DNA of 64,000 nucleotides from Eledone cirrhosa (Eukaryota): NCBI GenBank assembly GCA_964016885.1, contig OZ024761.1, positions 1,922,001 to 1,986,000 of the forward strand, read 5' to 3'. Shown piece by piece: positions 23,720 to 39,887 of this stretch (position 1 is its first letter; each line of letters starts with the position of its first letter). The notes under the pieces were generated by a model. It saw only the letters and a program-made list of their open reading frames with translations, ran no database searches and was not told where the DNA came from. The position numbers and the translations under genes were made by a program.

Positions 23720-24805
23720 GAAGAGCAACAGGCCAGTTGGCCGCGCCGAACCCATCTCACAACGGAACCACAGTTTTGGAGCCCAACTCATCTCACAGTG
23801 GAACCTTCGTTTAGGAGCCCGGTACTGGATGGCACCGATATAAGGAGCCTGACCCATCTCGGAGCATAGCAATGGTTTTGGAGGCCAAGTACTGGATGAG
23901 GAGGAACAGGGCCACAGTTTGGGAGCCTAGCGTTGGATGGCACCACTATGCAAAGGGGCCAGCAGGAGCCCAGTACTGGATGGCACTGATACGAGGAGTC
24001 TAACCCATCTCGCAGCATAACCATAGTTTTGTGGCCCAGTATAGGATGGCACCACCATGATAAGGGTGTAGCGCTCTCTAGACAAAGGGAAGTAGCCAAA
24101 GTTACTTCCCGTAGAATTTCTAGAAAACCCCTTGAACTTCCGTTTCAGAGATTATAAAAGAAGGAGCAAAGGACAATCTACCTCTCTTTCACCAACGGCT
24201 CTAGAACTGACCACACCAAGCACAGATGCTAAACCTTTTCTAATCCTATCCTATACCTCAGGATTACACCACATCATGGCACGAGACGTTTAACTACCAA
24301 AATTGTAACAAGCTACTTCAATAACTGCAAATCGTTACTGATACACTTTTCCGAAGTATTCATTCATGTTTCAATTACTACATCGTCATTTCTTTTACAT
24401 CTTCTAAACAAATTAAATTAGTGGTTGGCATGTAGTGGTATTTACTGGAGTAAATAACCCTATGGCCAATTCACTAAAAGGGACAGGCCAGTTGACCGCA
24501 CTGAACCCATCTAACAACGCAACCATAGTTTAGGGGCCCGGTACTAGATGACACTGCTATGAGGAAGGTTAGGTGCGGAACCACAGAATCGGAGCCTGGC
24601 TCACAGCAGGAACAGTTTTTGGAGCCCAGCACTGGGTAACACCACCATCAGAAGGGACAGATCAATTTGGCCACACCGAACCCTTTTCACAGCGGCATCC
24701 CAGTTTTGGGGCTGGGTACTCTCCACGCAACAAACCCTTCTCAGTAAGAAACCACATTTTGGAGCCTGGGACTGGGAGACGCTGCTATGAGGAGGGACAG
24801 GCCAT
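23720..24805. repeat. Degenerate tandem repeat in two blocks (about 23720-24065 and 24480-24805)
   Basis: Recurring AACCACAGTTTTGGAGCCCAGTACTGGATGGCACC. Confidence 0.7.
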
Positions 24806-24869
24806 GTATAAATATATTATTTAAAACAAGCTTGTCTTACAGTCAAGCTTTTTTCTGTTTGTTTCTTTT

Positions 24870-25400
24870 AATGATAATGAAAATTGTGTACAGTGTTCAG
24901 GTGCACTACAACTCATCAAAGATGCATGTATAGTACATAGAATAATATACACTGTTCACTTTCCTGACATTTGTACGAGTCATGATATACATACAGACAC
25001 ACACACATGCGTACTTATGTATGGAGGGGGAATATCAGGTGTAATGTTGGTGAATGCAGTGTCCCGACAGCTAACAGCTGATGTAGTAACTCTGCCCTGA
25101 GAAGCAAAACATTCAGAGTATGGTAGATGCTTGATGGAGGGTATTCGTTTGGTTGCACGTCTCTGAACAGTTTCCAGGAGATCAATATTTTGAGCAAGAT
25201 AGGGATTCCAGACTGGTGATACAAATTCTAAGTGTGGACGCACCATAGCTATATACAGCTTTAAATAGATAGTTGGAGAGCAGCTAACAAAGTGATGTTA
25301 AGATACTCTTGGCCTTCTTGACAATTTTAGAGCGGTGCTTTGTCCAGTGCAAATTGCTGTTGACAGTAATGTCCAGGTCACGTTCACAAGAGCAAATTTT
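24870..25400 (-). mobile_element. CR1-type LINE 3' fragment
   Basis: LYIAMVRPHLEFVSPVWNPY...LLETVQRRATK. Confidence 0.85.
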
Positions 25401-25414
25401 ATAGGAGCAAATTT

Positions 25415-26395
25415 TGGAATAGAATAGAAAGAACTAGGAACAAGGCTAATAGAATAAACTCATGGTATGATAGCAATAAATACCAGAGTGTAATGTTCAT
25501 CGATACAACCCCTAGAGGTGAATTAGCTTACAAATTTAGAAGGGCCCTAAATAAACATAAACTCAATATTAAGATAGTAGAAAGACGAGGTACCTCCGTA
25601 AAAACACTTATCAGCAAGAAATACCCGTTCCAAAGACCCTCATGTATAGATAAGAAATGTATAACCTGTAAAATAAGCCCCCATATTAACTGTAAAACTA
25701 GAAATGTAGTGTATAGCATAAGATGTACTGAAGGACAATGTAGAGACAAAAAAATATAGTGTACATAGGTGAGACAGCTCGTAGTATAGGGGAACGGATA
25801 AATGAACACTGGCGAGACCTTCAAGATAGTAAAGAATCATCTGTACTCTACCAACATGCTAAAATAGAACACAAGGGTAAATTAGAGAACATAGAAATAA
25901 AAATAGAATCTACACACAGAAAAGACGCAATGTTTAGACAAATCACAGAGGCAATAAACATAAAAGAATTACAACCAAAATTAAATAGAAAACATGAGTG
26001 GAACAGCAACATCACAACTTACAATTAAGGACAAAATGAAAACACACACACATAGAACAAACATCCAACCAGAACATGTAAACAAACAAATAAATAAATG
26101 AACATAAACACACACAGACACCCGGATGTGGCGCATGTGCAGACTGAGCACACAACACACACACAGAAACAAAATGGCGTAGGCACAGAAACAAACAAAG
26201 AAAGGAATCCACAGTCACTGAAGAGGTCAGAGTGTGTGACGAAAGAACTATGACAATATATAAACAACTATCTGGTTGTGGAACCAGCCAACCAACCAGA
26301 AATTTATAAATTTATTATAATAATAAATTGAAGTGAAAGCAACTGGTGCGTGTGTTTCTTATTGGCAACATGACCCTCCCAAAGTATAACAATAT
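25415..26395 (+). mobile_element. PLE 3' fragment (GIY-YIG plus pLTR)
   Basis: CKTRNVVYSIRC...YIGETARSIGERINEH...RQITEA...LN; frameshift near 25755. Confidence 0.88.
26214..26254 (+). ncRNA. Minimal hammerhead ribozyme in pLTR
   Basis: GTCA-CTGAAGA-G-GTCA..TGAC-GAAA-GAAC-TA-TGAC. Confidence 0.7.
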
Positions 26396-26451
26396 CGGTT
26401 TCAATACACGATTTCAGATAAAGAATCTTGCTAAACAAATTCAGAAACGAA

Positions 26452-26502
<51 letters not shown>

Positions 26503-26719
26503 TACTCCTATTAATGACGTATTATTCGTTTTTTCCCGTTCTTTGCCAGCGAACGTTACCACGAACCAAAGTATCGTCTTCCTGTCTTCCTCCGGTTGCA
26601 ACATTTTTTGAAATATCCAGTTCTGCGTTTACAGCTTGACTTTGTTAGTTTCAGAAGATCCCGTTAAGGGTGAAAGCAGCGATTCTTTGCTTAAACTTTA
26701 ATCTGTTATTTTAATAAAT

Positions 26720-27420
<701 letters not shown>

Positions 27421-27718
27421 TAACAAATAAATAAGTACTCAATAAATAAACGCATATACACAGGCACATAAAAACAGCTCTACAGGCAGAGCATGCACAT
27501 AGGTAAGATGTACTCACATAACCATAGTGGCCGTATTTCAGGTTGAGGAGGGGTGGGGGTACGGTGGGAAGGAGAAATAAGGGCCAATAGGGGGAGGTCG
27601 TTTTTAGCCATCGGGCTTTAACACTGGCTTAAAGTGTTTGAAAGTTGCAAAGTTCTTGTGCATGCAGTTCGGGCAGTGTTCAGAGAGTTTGTTCAGTGGC
27701 GGGCCCTTGGCGAATAAA

Positions 27719-27797
<79 letters not shown>

Positions 27798-27799
27798 CA

Positions 27800-29487
27800 C
27801 AAAACTCTGATATAACACCTGCAACTCTGATGGTATCCAATGATGTTGACTTGTTCTTCTTTTTGGTAAATATCATCTCGGTCAAGAGAGTGGGACTGGC
27901 TTTGTGCAGTGCCTTTGCTCACTATAAAAGCTTCACGGCACAGGCATTGCTTTATATCTGGAGATCTCTCTGCACTTGTCGTCACATGGTACCATGGGCC
28001 CAGCACTAAGTGTCAATAATTGTCACAAGTGTAGTGTTTGTACCAGAGTTTTCAAGTCGCTGGCTGGACTAAAAATCACACTCGTTCAGCGCATCGGTAG
28101 GGGTTCTCCTACATGGATATATAGTAGTGGCCGTACTGGAAAACGAGTTGGCAGCCACCATGTATGTATGTATGTATGTATGTATATATATATGTATGTA
28201 TATGTGTATGTATATATATATGTATGTATATGTATATATATGTATGTGTGTATGTGTGTATGTATGTATGTATATATATATGTATGTATATATATATGTA
28301 TGTGTGTATGTGTATGTATGTATATGTATGTATGTATATGTATGTATGTATGTATGTATGTATGCATGTATGTATGTATGTATATATGTATGTATATGTA
28401 TGTATGTATGTGTATATATGTATATATGTATGTATATGTATGTATGTGTATATATATATGTATGTATATATATATATATGTATGTGTATATATATATGTG
28501 TGTATATGTGTATGTGTATGTATGTGTATTTATATGTATATGTATGTATGTATGTATATATATATGTGTGTATATATGTATGTATGTATGTATATGTATA
28601 TATATGTATGTATGTGAATATGTGTATGTATGTATATGTATATATGTGTGTGTATGTATGTATATGTATGTAAGTATATATATATGTATGTATATATATA
28701 TATATGTTTGTATATGTGTGTATATATATGTATGTATATGTATGTGTATATGTATGTAATATATATATATATGTATGTATATATGTGTGTATATGTATGT
28801 ATGTTCTTTTTGGTAAATATCATCTTGGTTAAGAGAGTGGGAATGGCTTTGTGCAGTGCCTTTGCTCACTATAAAAGCTTCACGGCACAGGCATTGCTTT
28901 ATATCTGGAGATCTCTCTGCACTTGTCATCACATGGTACCATGGGCCTAGCACTATGTGTCAATAATTGTCACAAGTGTAGTGTTTGTACCAGAGTTTTC
29001 AAGTCGTTGGCTGGACTAAAAAGTCACACTCGTTCAGCGCATCGGTAGGGGTTCTCCTACATGGATATATAGTAGTGCAGTACTCGAAAACGAGTTGGCA
29101 GCCACCATATGTATGTATGTATATGTATATATGTGTGTATGTATATGTATGTGTGTATGTGTGTGTATGTATGTATGTGTGTATATGTATGTATGTATAT
29201 ATATATGTATGTATATATATATATATATGTATGTATATGTATATATATATATGTATGTATATGTATATATATGTATGTATATGTATATATATGTGTATGT
29301 ATATATATATATATTTATGTGTGTATATATGTATATGTATGTGTATGTATATGTATATATGTATGTATATATATATATATGTGTGTATGTATATATATAT
29401 GTATGTATGTATGTATATATATATGTATGTATATGTGTGTGTATGTATATGTATATATGTGTATCTCTCTATATATATATATGTATG

Positions 29488-29525
<38 letters not shown>
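27800..29525 (+). mobile_element. Two tandem non-autonomous RTE-derived elements (27800-28160, 28803-29108), each followed by an expanded (TATG)n tail
   Basis: Near identity to 38500-38972; C2H2-like remnant [17 protein letters not shown]. Confidence 0.75.
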
Positions 29526-29527
<2 letters not shown>

Positions 29528-30012
29528 TCTGTAAGTCGTTTGGAAGCCTCGACAATGCAGATGGGTAAATCTCCGGGTAACAAGATCCGGTGGTGGAGAG
29601 AGAGATGTAAGTGGGTGTACGTTGAGATGCGTGGTGTGTAAAGATGTGTAAATGTGTAGAAGAAAGAAGGGAAGAGTAGAAAGAATAAAATAAAAATAAC
29701 ACAAGAGGGAGTTACCTTGGGAGAGATTTAATAGTCCCTATATAATAAATGTATTCTATTTTCTCCTAGTTTATTTTACACCTAATTCTGTTTAATTGAC
29801 TATATCTGGGCGATTACGCTGTCGAAATATTCGATAAATATTCCGTCGCGGCTCACGCGAAGGGCTAGTTTCGGTTATTTGTTGGAGATTTCTTCATAGA
29901 AGCCTTATTCTTATAGCCTAGTCTATTCGATTTTTTTTATATAGTTAATTATGCTAATTGGGAGAGGAAATGGTATATATTTTATCTGGTGATTCTATAG
30001 ACATGTTTTATG

Positions 30013-30306
<294 letters not shown>

Positions 30307-30467
30307 ACCGTATTTACGTATCGAGAGAGAAAAAAAGAGGAGGATAGGTGATACATATAGTTATTTGCCAAGTAGCGTATGCCAAAGGTGCTCGATACTA
30401 GTGCCGGCAGTATTAAATATTCGAAGTGTTAATATTTAGTGGACTAGAGAGTTAGCAGAGCGTAAGC

Positions 30468-30682
30468 ACGTGGGAAAGTAAGAAATCGGAGAATAGACCG
30501 TTAAAACATGTTTATTTAAAACAGCACCTACGTACGTTTCGCCCAGTTGGGATTCTCAAGGGCATAAATAATAAATGATTATTTATGCCCTTGAGAAGCC
30601 CAACTGGGCGAAACGTACGTAGGTGCTGTTTTAAATAAACATGTTTTAACGGTCTATTTTCCGATTTCTTACTTTCCCACGT
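30468..30682. repeat. 215-bp palindrome: 105-bp arms, 5-nt spacer, 2 mismatches
   Basis: Arms 30468-30572 and 30578-30682. Confidence 0.92.
30587..30626 (+). ncRNA. Minimal hammerhead, U3-A8 variant (mirror copy on the minus strand at 30524-30563)
   Basis: GCCC-TTGAGAA-GCCC-AACT-GGGC-GAAA-CGTACG-TA-GGTGC. Confidence 0.72.
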
Positions 30683-30887
30683 ATATATATGTATATATAT
30701 ATATACATATATATATATGTATATATATATATATATGTATATATATACATATATATATATGTATATATATATATATATGTATATATATACATGTATATAT
30801 ATATACATATATACATATATATATAAATATATATATATATGTGTGTATATATATATATGTATATATATATATGTATATATATATATG

Positions 30888-30918
<31 letters not shown>

Positions 30919-30932
30919 GTATATATATATAC

Positions 30933-30988
<56 letters not shown>

Positions 30989-31000
30989 TTATATATATAT
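30683..31000. repeat. (TA)n microsatellite
   Basis: Seen directly. Confidence 0.95.
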
Positions 31001-31990
31001 ATTGTTACACTTTGGGAGGGTCATGTTGCCAATAAGAAACACACGCACCAGTTGCTTTCACTTCAATTTATTATAATAAATTTATAAATTTCCGGTTGGT
31101 TGGTTGGTTCCACAACTAGATGGTTGTTTATATATTGTCAAAGTTCTTTCGTCACACATTCTGTGACCTCTTCAGTGACTGGGGATTCTTTTCTTTGTTT
31201 TTTGTGCATTTCCTTTGTTCTGTCCTATGCCATCTTGTTTTTGTGTGTGTGTTGTGTGCTTAGTTTGCGCATGTTTTACATCCGGGTGTCTGTGTGTGTT
31301 TGTTTATATTCGTTTATTTATTTGTTTATTTACATGTTACTGGCTGGTTGTTTGTTCTATGTGCGTGTGTGTTTTCATTTTGTCCTTAATTGTAAGTTGT
31401 GATGTTGCTGTTCCACTCATGTTTTCTATTTAATTTTGGTTGTAATTCATTTATGTTTATTGCCTCTGTGATTTGTCTAAACATTGCGTCTTTTCTGTGT
31501 GTAGATTCTATTTTTATTTCTATGTTCTCTAATTTACCCTTATGTTCTATTTTAGCATGTTGGTAGAGTACAGATGATTCTTTACTATCTTGAAGGTCTC
31601 GCCAGTGTTCATTTATCCGTTCCCCTATACTATGAGCTGTCTCACCTATGTACACTATATTTTTATCTCTACATTGTCCTTCAGTACATCTTATGCTATA
31701 TACTACATTTCTAGTTTTACAGTTAATATGTGGGCTTAATTTACAGATTATACATTTCTTATCTATACAGGGAGGTCATAAAAACACTTATTAGCAAGAC
31801 AACCCTTTTCAAAGACCTCCCTGTATAGATAAGAAATGTATAATCTGTAAATTAAGCCCCCATATTAACTGTAAAACTAGAAATGTAGTATATAGCATAA
31901 GATGCACTGAAGGACAATGTAGAGATAAAAATATAGTGTACATAGGTGAGACAGCTCATAGTCTAGGGGAACGGATAAATGAACAATTGG
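31001..31990 (-). mobile_element. PLE 3' fragment (31001-31777, same family as 25415-26395) with an inverted duplicate at 31779-31990
   Basis: YIGETAHSIGERINEH on minus strand; the same segment repeated on plus strand. Confidence 0.88.
31137..31179 (-). ncRNA. Minimal hammerhead ribozyme in pLTR
   Basis: GTCA-CTGAAGA-G-GTCACA..TGTGAC-GAAA-GAAC-TT-TGAC. Confidence 0.7.
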
Positions 31991-32654
31991 TCACTGGACT
32001 CGGGAATGTCACGACACAAGTTTGAGGAAGTTACACAAATATTTTAGTATATTTTACCAGAGCTATCCTTATTTATATTTTACATTTTACATTTACTTAC
32101 ATCTCAATATAACATGGCTAAAATTCAAATTTTGCAAAGAGAAGAAAACGGACAAATGAACTAGATACATCTCACTGTCCCCCACCACCATAATAACGTC
32201 TACACTCTCTCCCCACCATCACGTCATTACCCTATCTAGACTAAAGTCATCGACCTGTTGTCAAACTCTCTACTCTGTGTTGAATGTGTATATATATATA
32301 TATATGTATGTATATGTGTGTGTATATACATCACTCAGTCAAACGACCAGATTTCAACCCCAACATCTACAACAGCAACACCGGCACTAATGTTTACAAC
32401 AACGACACCGGCACTAATGTTTACAACAACAACAGCTTCAGAATGAATTGAAATGAACATTTACAACAACAACACCAGCGGCGTCAAACGATAAAAAAAA
32501 AAAAAAACAAAAAAAAACACAAACAAACAAAAAAAACTCAAAATAACAAAACACACACACGCACACAACACAACAATAACATCAACTGCCACCACCACCA
32601 CCACTGCCGCCATCACCATCACCAGCGACCGGGCCTTAAGAAAACAACTTTAAT

Positions 32655-32810
32655 AATAATAATTTTTCTGCTTTTGGCACGGATCCAGCGACTGGTACAG
32701 CGCATTACTGGTACTCTCTTTTGTTGACTCCGTGGGGATGAAAGGCAAGGTTGACTCGGCGGGATTTAAGCTCAGAGCGTGGAGAGCCATAACTCTATGC
32801 TGTAAAGCAA
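32655..32810 (-). mobile_element. SINE copy
   Basis: GGGGATGAAAGGCAAGGTTGACTCGGCGGGATTT core. Confidence 0.7.
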
Positions 32811-32970
32811 TTATAATAATACTGGACTGTAATACGAACAGCTTCAACTATACAAACTCTTGAAAGTCAACAGTTGACATAATCTTGTAATCTTGTATCA
32901 GTAATGACGGTAATATATATATATATATATATAATATAAGATCAAAAGATGGTTAAAGGAGTTCCATGTA

Positions 32971-33037
32971 TTTTATTATGCGCATTTCAAAAACAAACAT
33001 CATCATGCAATAATATTTGTGTTTTCATCAGATAAAA
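32971..33037 (-). ncRNA. Type-I hammerhead ribozyme
   Basis: TTTTAT-CTGATGA-stem II-GAAA-TGCGCA-TA-ATAAAA. Confidence 0.75.
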
Positions 33038-33350
33038 CAGGAGAACATGATATGAAGGCTAAAAAACACTTGTGGATAGTGCAGTTTTAAATCAACATAT
33101 GAAAAGTGGTTTTAGATTGATGTGTGATATTGGGAAAAATATTTTATTTAGAGAGGGGGGGGAGGATGAAAAAAAGGGGGAGGAGATGAGAGTGAAGGTG
33201 GAGAGGGAGAGATGGGTGATAGAGAGAAAGAGATAGTTTTTATAACTGAGAAAAGATATATTGTTTTACATAGAGAGGTTGAGAACCGTTGGAAGATAAT
33301 GTATAAATTAAAAGAATTTGAAAATTAACGAAGGGAAAGAATATTTATAA

Positions 33351-33412
<62 letters not shown>

Positions 33413-33577
33413 AAGTGAGTAGCGTGTGTGTTTGTTTGTATGTATGAGTGTTGCTGTGTGCGCGCGTATGTATGCGTGTGTGTGCGCGTATGTATGCGCG
33501 TGTGTGTATGTCGTACGTATAAGTGTCAATAAGTGAGTTTTTTGGGGGTTTTTTTGCGCGGGGACATAGAAATAATA

Positions 33578-33825
33578 GGGCTGGATGCCCGATCGCGCAG
33601 TTAAACCACTGGGAGTGAAGAACCCCTAGCCCTTGTCAGGGCATTCTTCTAGGAGAAGGCATCTCAGGAAACTGGGTTAACTCCGACATAAAACCTGCGG
33701 TTCAGTAGTTACCGATGATGTTGATCTTTTCTTCTTTTCGGGTTATAGCTATTGTTGCTCAGAGAGTGGGATTGGCTCAGTGCACAGTCTTTCCTCACTT
33801 TAAAAATATTCGTCACGAGTGCATT
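33578..33825 (+). mobile_element. RTE-type 5' UTR-like segment
   Basis: TTCTAGGAGAAGG..GATGTTGA..GAGAGTGGGA homologous to the 5' half of 38500-38972. Confidence 0.55.
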
Positions 33826-33877
33826 AACAATTATTAATAGTGTACTATTATTATTATTATTATTGTTACTATTATTA

Positions 33878-33916
<39 letters not shown>

Positions 33917-33959
33917 TTCAATGATGTTCCAGAACAATATAAAAGAGATAATTGGCAAT

Positions 33960-35925
33960 TTAGGTTCTGGAACAAAAAATATAATTGGCAATAAGGGCAG
34001 GGGCCCCAGGATATCACAGCCTGGGCCCGCTCGTCATCGTGCCATTGTAATAGAGCCAAACAAGGCATTTAGTCTTGGCTGCTGGAACGTACGGACGCTG
34101 CTTGACAGGGATTCCTTGGAGCGTCCTGAACGAAGGACCGCTCTTGTTGCAAAGGAGCTTCGACGTTACGATCTTGACATCGTGGCTTTATCTGAGACGA
34201 GGTTAGCTGGAGATGGTCATCTTACAGGATTTTGTGGAGAATATACATTCTTCTGGAAAGGAAGAGATGAAGGAACCAGAAGAGAGGCTGGGGTAGGATT
34301 TGCTGTTAAGACTGTACTTGTGAATAAATTAGAAGAATTCCCAGTCGGGATTAGTGAGCGTCTTATGTCCATGAGAATTCCGCTGGACAAAGGAAGATAT
34401 GCGACCCTGGTGAGTGTGTATGCTCCAACTATGAATTCTGTCGATGAAGAAAAAGTGTCCTTTTACCATGCCTTGAAAGGTGTTTTAAGAAATATCCCTC
34501 AGGCAGACAAAGTCATCGTGCTTGGTGACTTTAATGCTACAATGGGTAGGGATTTTAACACATGGAATGTAATCGGAAGGCATGGGGTGGGAAAGTGTAA
34601 CAACAATGGTATGCTCCTGCAGCAGATGTGTGAGGAGCTGGATCTGTGTGTTACCAACACCATGTTCCAACAAAAGAACAAATTCAAGACCACATGGATG
34701 CATCCTGCATCTAAGGAATGGCATCTTTTGGACTACGTCCTAGTCAGGATGCGTGACAGACAGGATGTGCCGTGTGTTCGTGCTCTTCGTGGAGCTGAGT
34801 GCTGGACGGACCACCGCCTGGTACGCGCAAAAGTGAAACTAATCACTAAACGTAAAATCCGGGCTCCTGGTGTTGCCCTGCCCAAAAGATTGAATGCTGC
34901 TCGTCTTAAGGATAAAAATGTGAAGAGGACATTGGAAGAAGAGATGCAGGCTGCAGATCTTGGTGAGGATTGGCCGACCCTTAAAAAGTCGGTTTATGAT
35001 GTAGGCAGGCGTGTTCTGGGATTGGTGCAGAGAAAACATCAGGACTGGTTTAATGAGAATGATGTACATATAGAAGACTTGTTGGCTGATAAGAGGCGTC
35101 CTCTGTCACGCTACTTGACGGCAAAACCACAGGAGAGGAATATGTTGCATGAGGAACTCAAGGATGTAAAATCACGTGTTAGGCGGAGTCTTTCTCAGAT
35201 GAAGGATCAGTGGTGGAATGAGAAGGCTGGTGAGATACAAACTGCGTCAGATTCCAATAACACAAAGCTGTTGTACAGTCTCTTGCGTGAGGTTTATGGA
35301 CCGTCTTCTTCTCTGGTGACACCGCTTCGCAGCAAGGATGGCAAAGAACTTCTTCGTGACTCACAAGGAAGTCTACGAAGGTGGCGAGAGCACTTTGATG
35401 ATCTTTTGAATCAGCCGTCTGTCGTCAGTGAAGATTTCCTCAATCTCATTCCAGAGTGTCCTGTGAAAGTAGCTCTCGCAGAACCTCCGACGCTTGTGGA
35501 GGTTGCAGTGGCTATTTTGAAGCTGAACAGTGGAAGATCTCCAGGTATGGATGGCATACATGCTGAGCTCCTACAATATAGTGGTGAGAGACTCCTGCAA
35601 CATCTTCACTCTTTGTTTGGCAGGATATGGGCTAATGAATCCGTACCTGAGGACTGCAGAGATGCAGTAATGGTGGTCTTGTACAAGGGAAAGAGTAACA
35701 GGAATGATTGTGGGAACTACAGAGGTATATCATTGCTTTCTGTCGTAGGGAAAGTTTTATGTAGGGTGCTTCTGGACCGTCTGCTGACACACATTGCAGA
35801 TTGTGTTCTTCCTGAAAGTCAATCTGGTTTTCGTGCTGGACGCGACACTACTGATATGATCTTCTCAGCTAGATAGCTCCAGGAGAAGTGCATGGAACAA
35901 GGCTTGGATCTGTATCAGGTTTTTG
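33960..35925 (+). mobile_element. RTE (BovB/RTE1-like) LINE, APE plus RT N-terminal part, 3'-truncated
   Basis: GCWNVRTL, RPERRTALVAKEL, LSETR, GDFNA, TDHRLV, NYRGISLL; TAG at 35874 within AR(Q)LQEKC. Confidence 0.93.
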
Positions 35926-35929
35926 TCTA

Positions 35930-37826
35930 TTCAGCACCACTACAGTCTTGTCGGTCTGACATATGGTGAGTAGATGCTATTGTTCTAGATTTTATAAATT
36001 ACCCGTATTTACTTACACATACTTAATTCCCCTCTTGCCTACATAGGGCATCAATTCACTTTTAACACACCATGAAGTTTTGTAACAGCACATCCGCTGC
36101 CGTTCGTGGAAAACGAAGAGGCCCTATTCACCTGCGAACGTTTTACACCCCCTTCCACGACTATCAAATTCTTACAATTATAAGAACAATAACATGGCCC
36201 TTTTCAAGGCAACCTCACATTCAATTCTTACACCATTCTACGAGGGGGTAGGAACCCCTTTACAGGGCTTTCTATACACTTACAAATAGATTCATTCGGC
36301 GTAAACTTATATCAATCTTTGCCTGAATAATCATAATTCAGTGCAATCATTAACAGTACTTTCAAGCAATTCAGCCCCGAGCAACGCCAGGCACTTCTGC
36401 TAGTAATCTATAAAGCTCAGTGTATGGTCACATTTCTTTGTTGTAGAAATCTACGATATAGAATTTCTTCAATTGAAATTTACAATTCAGTATTCGAAAT
36501 AGCTTCAATATATTTATTTCAATTTCGCCCACAATTACGCAAAAAATCGATAAAACTCAATATTTTACGATTTGCCTCTCTCATTTCAACTGGTTTTCAC
36601 TCCTTTCCATTACCATTCAAAATCTATACAACTTCATACTTTCTGCTACTTTCTCTTTCCAAGCTGAAACAACACCTAAAATGAAACTAAATTATTCTTT
36701 TCATTTTACATTGTTCATGTTGATGGTGATACTGTCCGTTTTACTGTCTCATATCATCTGCTTACCTCTATCTACAACCCACATATTTTGCTACTTTCTC
36801 TTTTATACTAAACTGCTACTTTCTCTTTCCAAGCTGAAACAACTATTCTTTTCATTTTACATTGTTCATATTGATGGTGATACTGTCCGTTTTACTCTCT
36901 CACTCATACACTTTACAGACTAAACAACAAAAACATTAGCCACATTAACGTACAATTTCGTTTATTCTAAATGTGAGTCTTCAAACTGATTTATTTATTT
37001 CAAATGAATAATTAAACTTTAAATCAATTTAACCACGTGCCGGATTTCTAACCACACATACACACTTCATTAACAAATAAAAATTCTAATTTGCGACAAT
37101 TATTTTCTTTCAATCGTAAAATCAAACGACATAATTATTTTCATTTTCACATCATGTGAGTTAACAAATAATTTTTTAAAACACTATTCGCAGACTTCCT
37201 TAAACAACAAGATCAATTGCGTAGCCGGTATTCATTATGTAGCCGGTAAAGCTATGTAGCATGTAAAAGGCTATGTAGTCAGTACGATGTTATATAGCAT
37301 GAAAAGTTTATATAACCGGTAAATGTTATGTCGCGGTTAGCATGTGTGTGTGTGTATTACTGTCAATACACACGTGTGTGTGTGCGTGTTTCAATGTAGT
37401 TTTCGTTAACAATGACGAGAGTACAATTGTGCCAGAAACAATTCAATTTCTCATTCTTAACTGCTAGGGGCGTTCACGGGTTCATTAAGTACTTTCAGTA
37501 AGGAATAAAAAAATTAGGGATTTAACCCAAAACCACGACATAAACAGGCACCAACAAACGTTTTCTTTGTCCTGTCAAAAAGTGATTGATCCTATCCCTT
37601 TCACCTACGACCTCAGTTAGGTCAGGCGAAAGTCAAATAGACAGGGGATCACCTATGTAGGTACAAACTCTGCTGCGGTATGTCTATTTTTCTAGCTGCA
37701 ACCAGATTATATATACCGTAGTTAACAGAGACCATGACACACCAGGCCTGCAAACCAAACGAGATGGAATATTCATTATAATACATCAGTTCCTCAGCCC
37801 CGAGCAACGCCGGGCACTTCTGCTAG
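35930..37826 (+). mobile_element. Two adjacent non-autonomous Helitron-like units (3' CTAG at 36400-03 and 37823-26)
   Basis: CAGCCCCGAGCAACGCC(A/G)GGCACTTCTGCTAG|T occurs twice; internal short tandem repeats. Confidence 0.65.
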
Positions 37827-37901
37827 TGTCTATATATATGTATGTATATATAAAATAAAGTTAAATAAAAGTCAAATGATTAAAATTTAGCTTCGTTTAT
37901 T

Positions 37902-37956
37902 ACTGCTATATATATTTCAGTGACAGCCATCTTTGGCTGTGACCTCTTCAGGCAGT
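37902..37956 (-). ncRNA. Minimal type-I hammerhead ribozyme
   Basis: ACTGC-CTGAAGA-GGTCACAGCCA-AAGA-TGGCTGTCACT-GAAA-TATATA-TA-GCAGT, then AATAAA. Confidence 0.8.
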
Positions 37957-38070
37957 TTGAATTAGTATGGTATAGACAAGTACATATGTTGTTTAGGTGT
38001 ATGATATTGTCAATACTCTGATATGCCCAGTTCCTTGCTGGGTTGTTAATTCACTGGGGAACTGGAGTCA

Positions 38071-39315
<1,245 letters not shown>

Positions 39316-39476
39316 ACTCTCTCTTTTTCTTTCTCCCTATATGTATGTGTGTGTGTGTGTTAGTGTATATGTATACACATTCAACTAAGTTTGTCTGACC
39401 TACATTCCATTGTTGCAGCCCGAGACCATTATATCCATGTATTCAGCCATTGTTCAGTGCCCCCCCCCCTCTGCCA

Positions 39477-39484
39477 CATAAATA
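39477..39484 (+). promoter_or_regulatory. Candidate TATA-like box of the protease gene
   Basis: CATAAATA about 135 nt upstream of the ATG. Confidence 0.35.
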
Positions 39485-39617
39485 GCCAGCTATCTCTGTA
39501 AAAGATGCCACAACCAAAGAAAGTGTTTTTCTTCTCTCCCAGTCTCTGAGAAACACCAACTCTCTTCACTACACCTCTCAATCTCTCCCATTAGATCTTC
39601 AGACAATCTCATTAAAC

Positions 39618-39672
39618 ATGATCTCCACCTGTATTTTCCTCGTCTTCACCTTAGCAGCTGGAACTTTGGCAG
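39618..39672 (+). CDS. S1 serine protease exon 1 (signal peptide MISTCIFLVFTLAAGTLA)
   Basis: AAACATG context, hydrophobic leader, AG|GTAAGG donor; phase 1 matches the 49808 exon. Confidence 0.75.
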
Positions 39673-39887
39673 GTAAGGAACTGACATAATTTTATCTTAT
39701 TCTTAGGGGTGATGGTGGACGGAGATGTTTTTGTTGTTGTTGTTGTTGCTTTTTTTGTATATCATTTAGTTTTGTTTTGTTTTTGTTTTTTCTTACTTTT
39801 TTGTCACAGAAAGAATGACAGTGCTTACGAAGATTTTCAGGGATTCCAGAAAACATAATTTGGTACAAAATTATATATATATATATG

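Noticed and set aside
33578-33700. HDV-like ribozyme in the RTE 5' UTR
   Set aside because: Could not assemble the nested double pseudoknot by eye; needs a motif search
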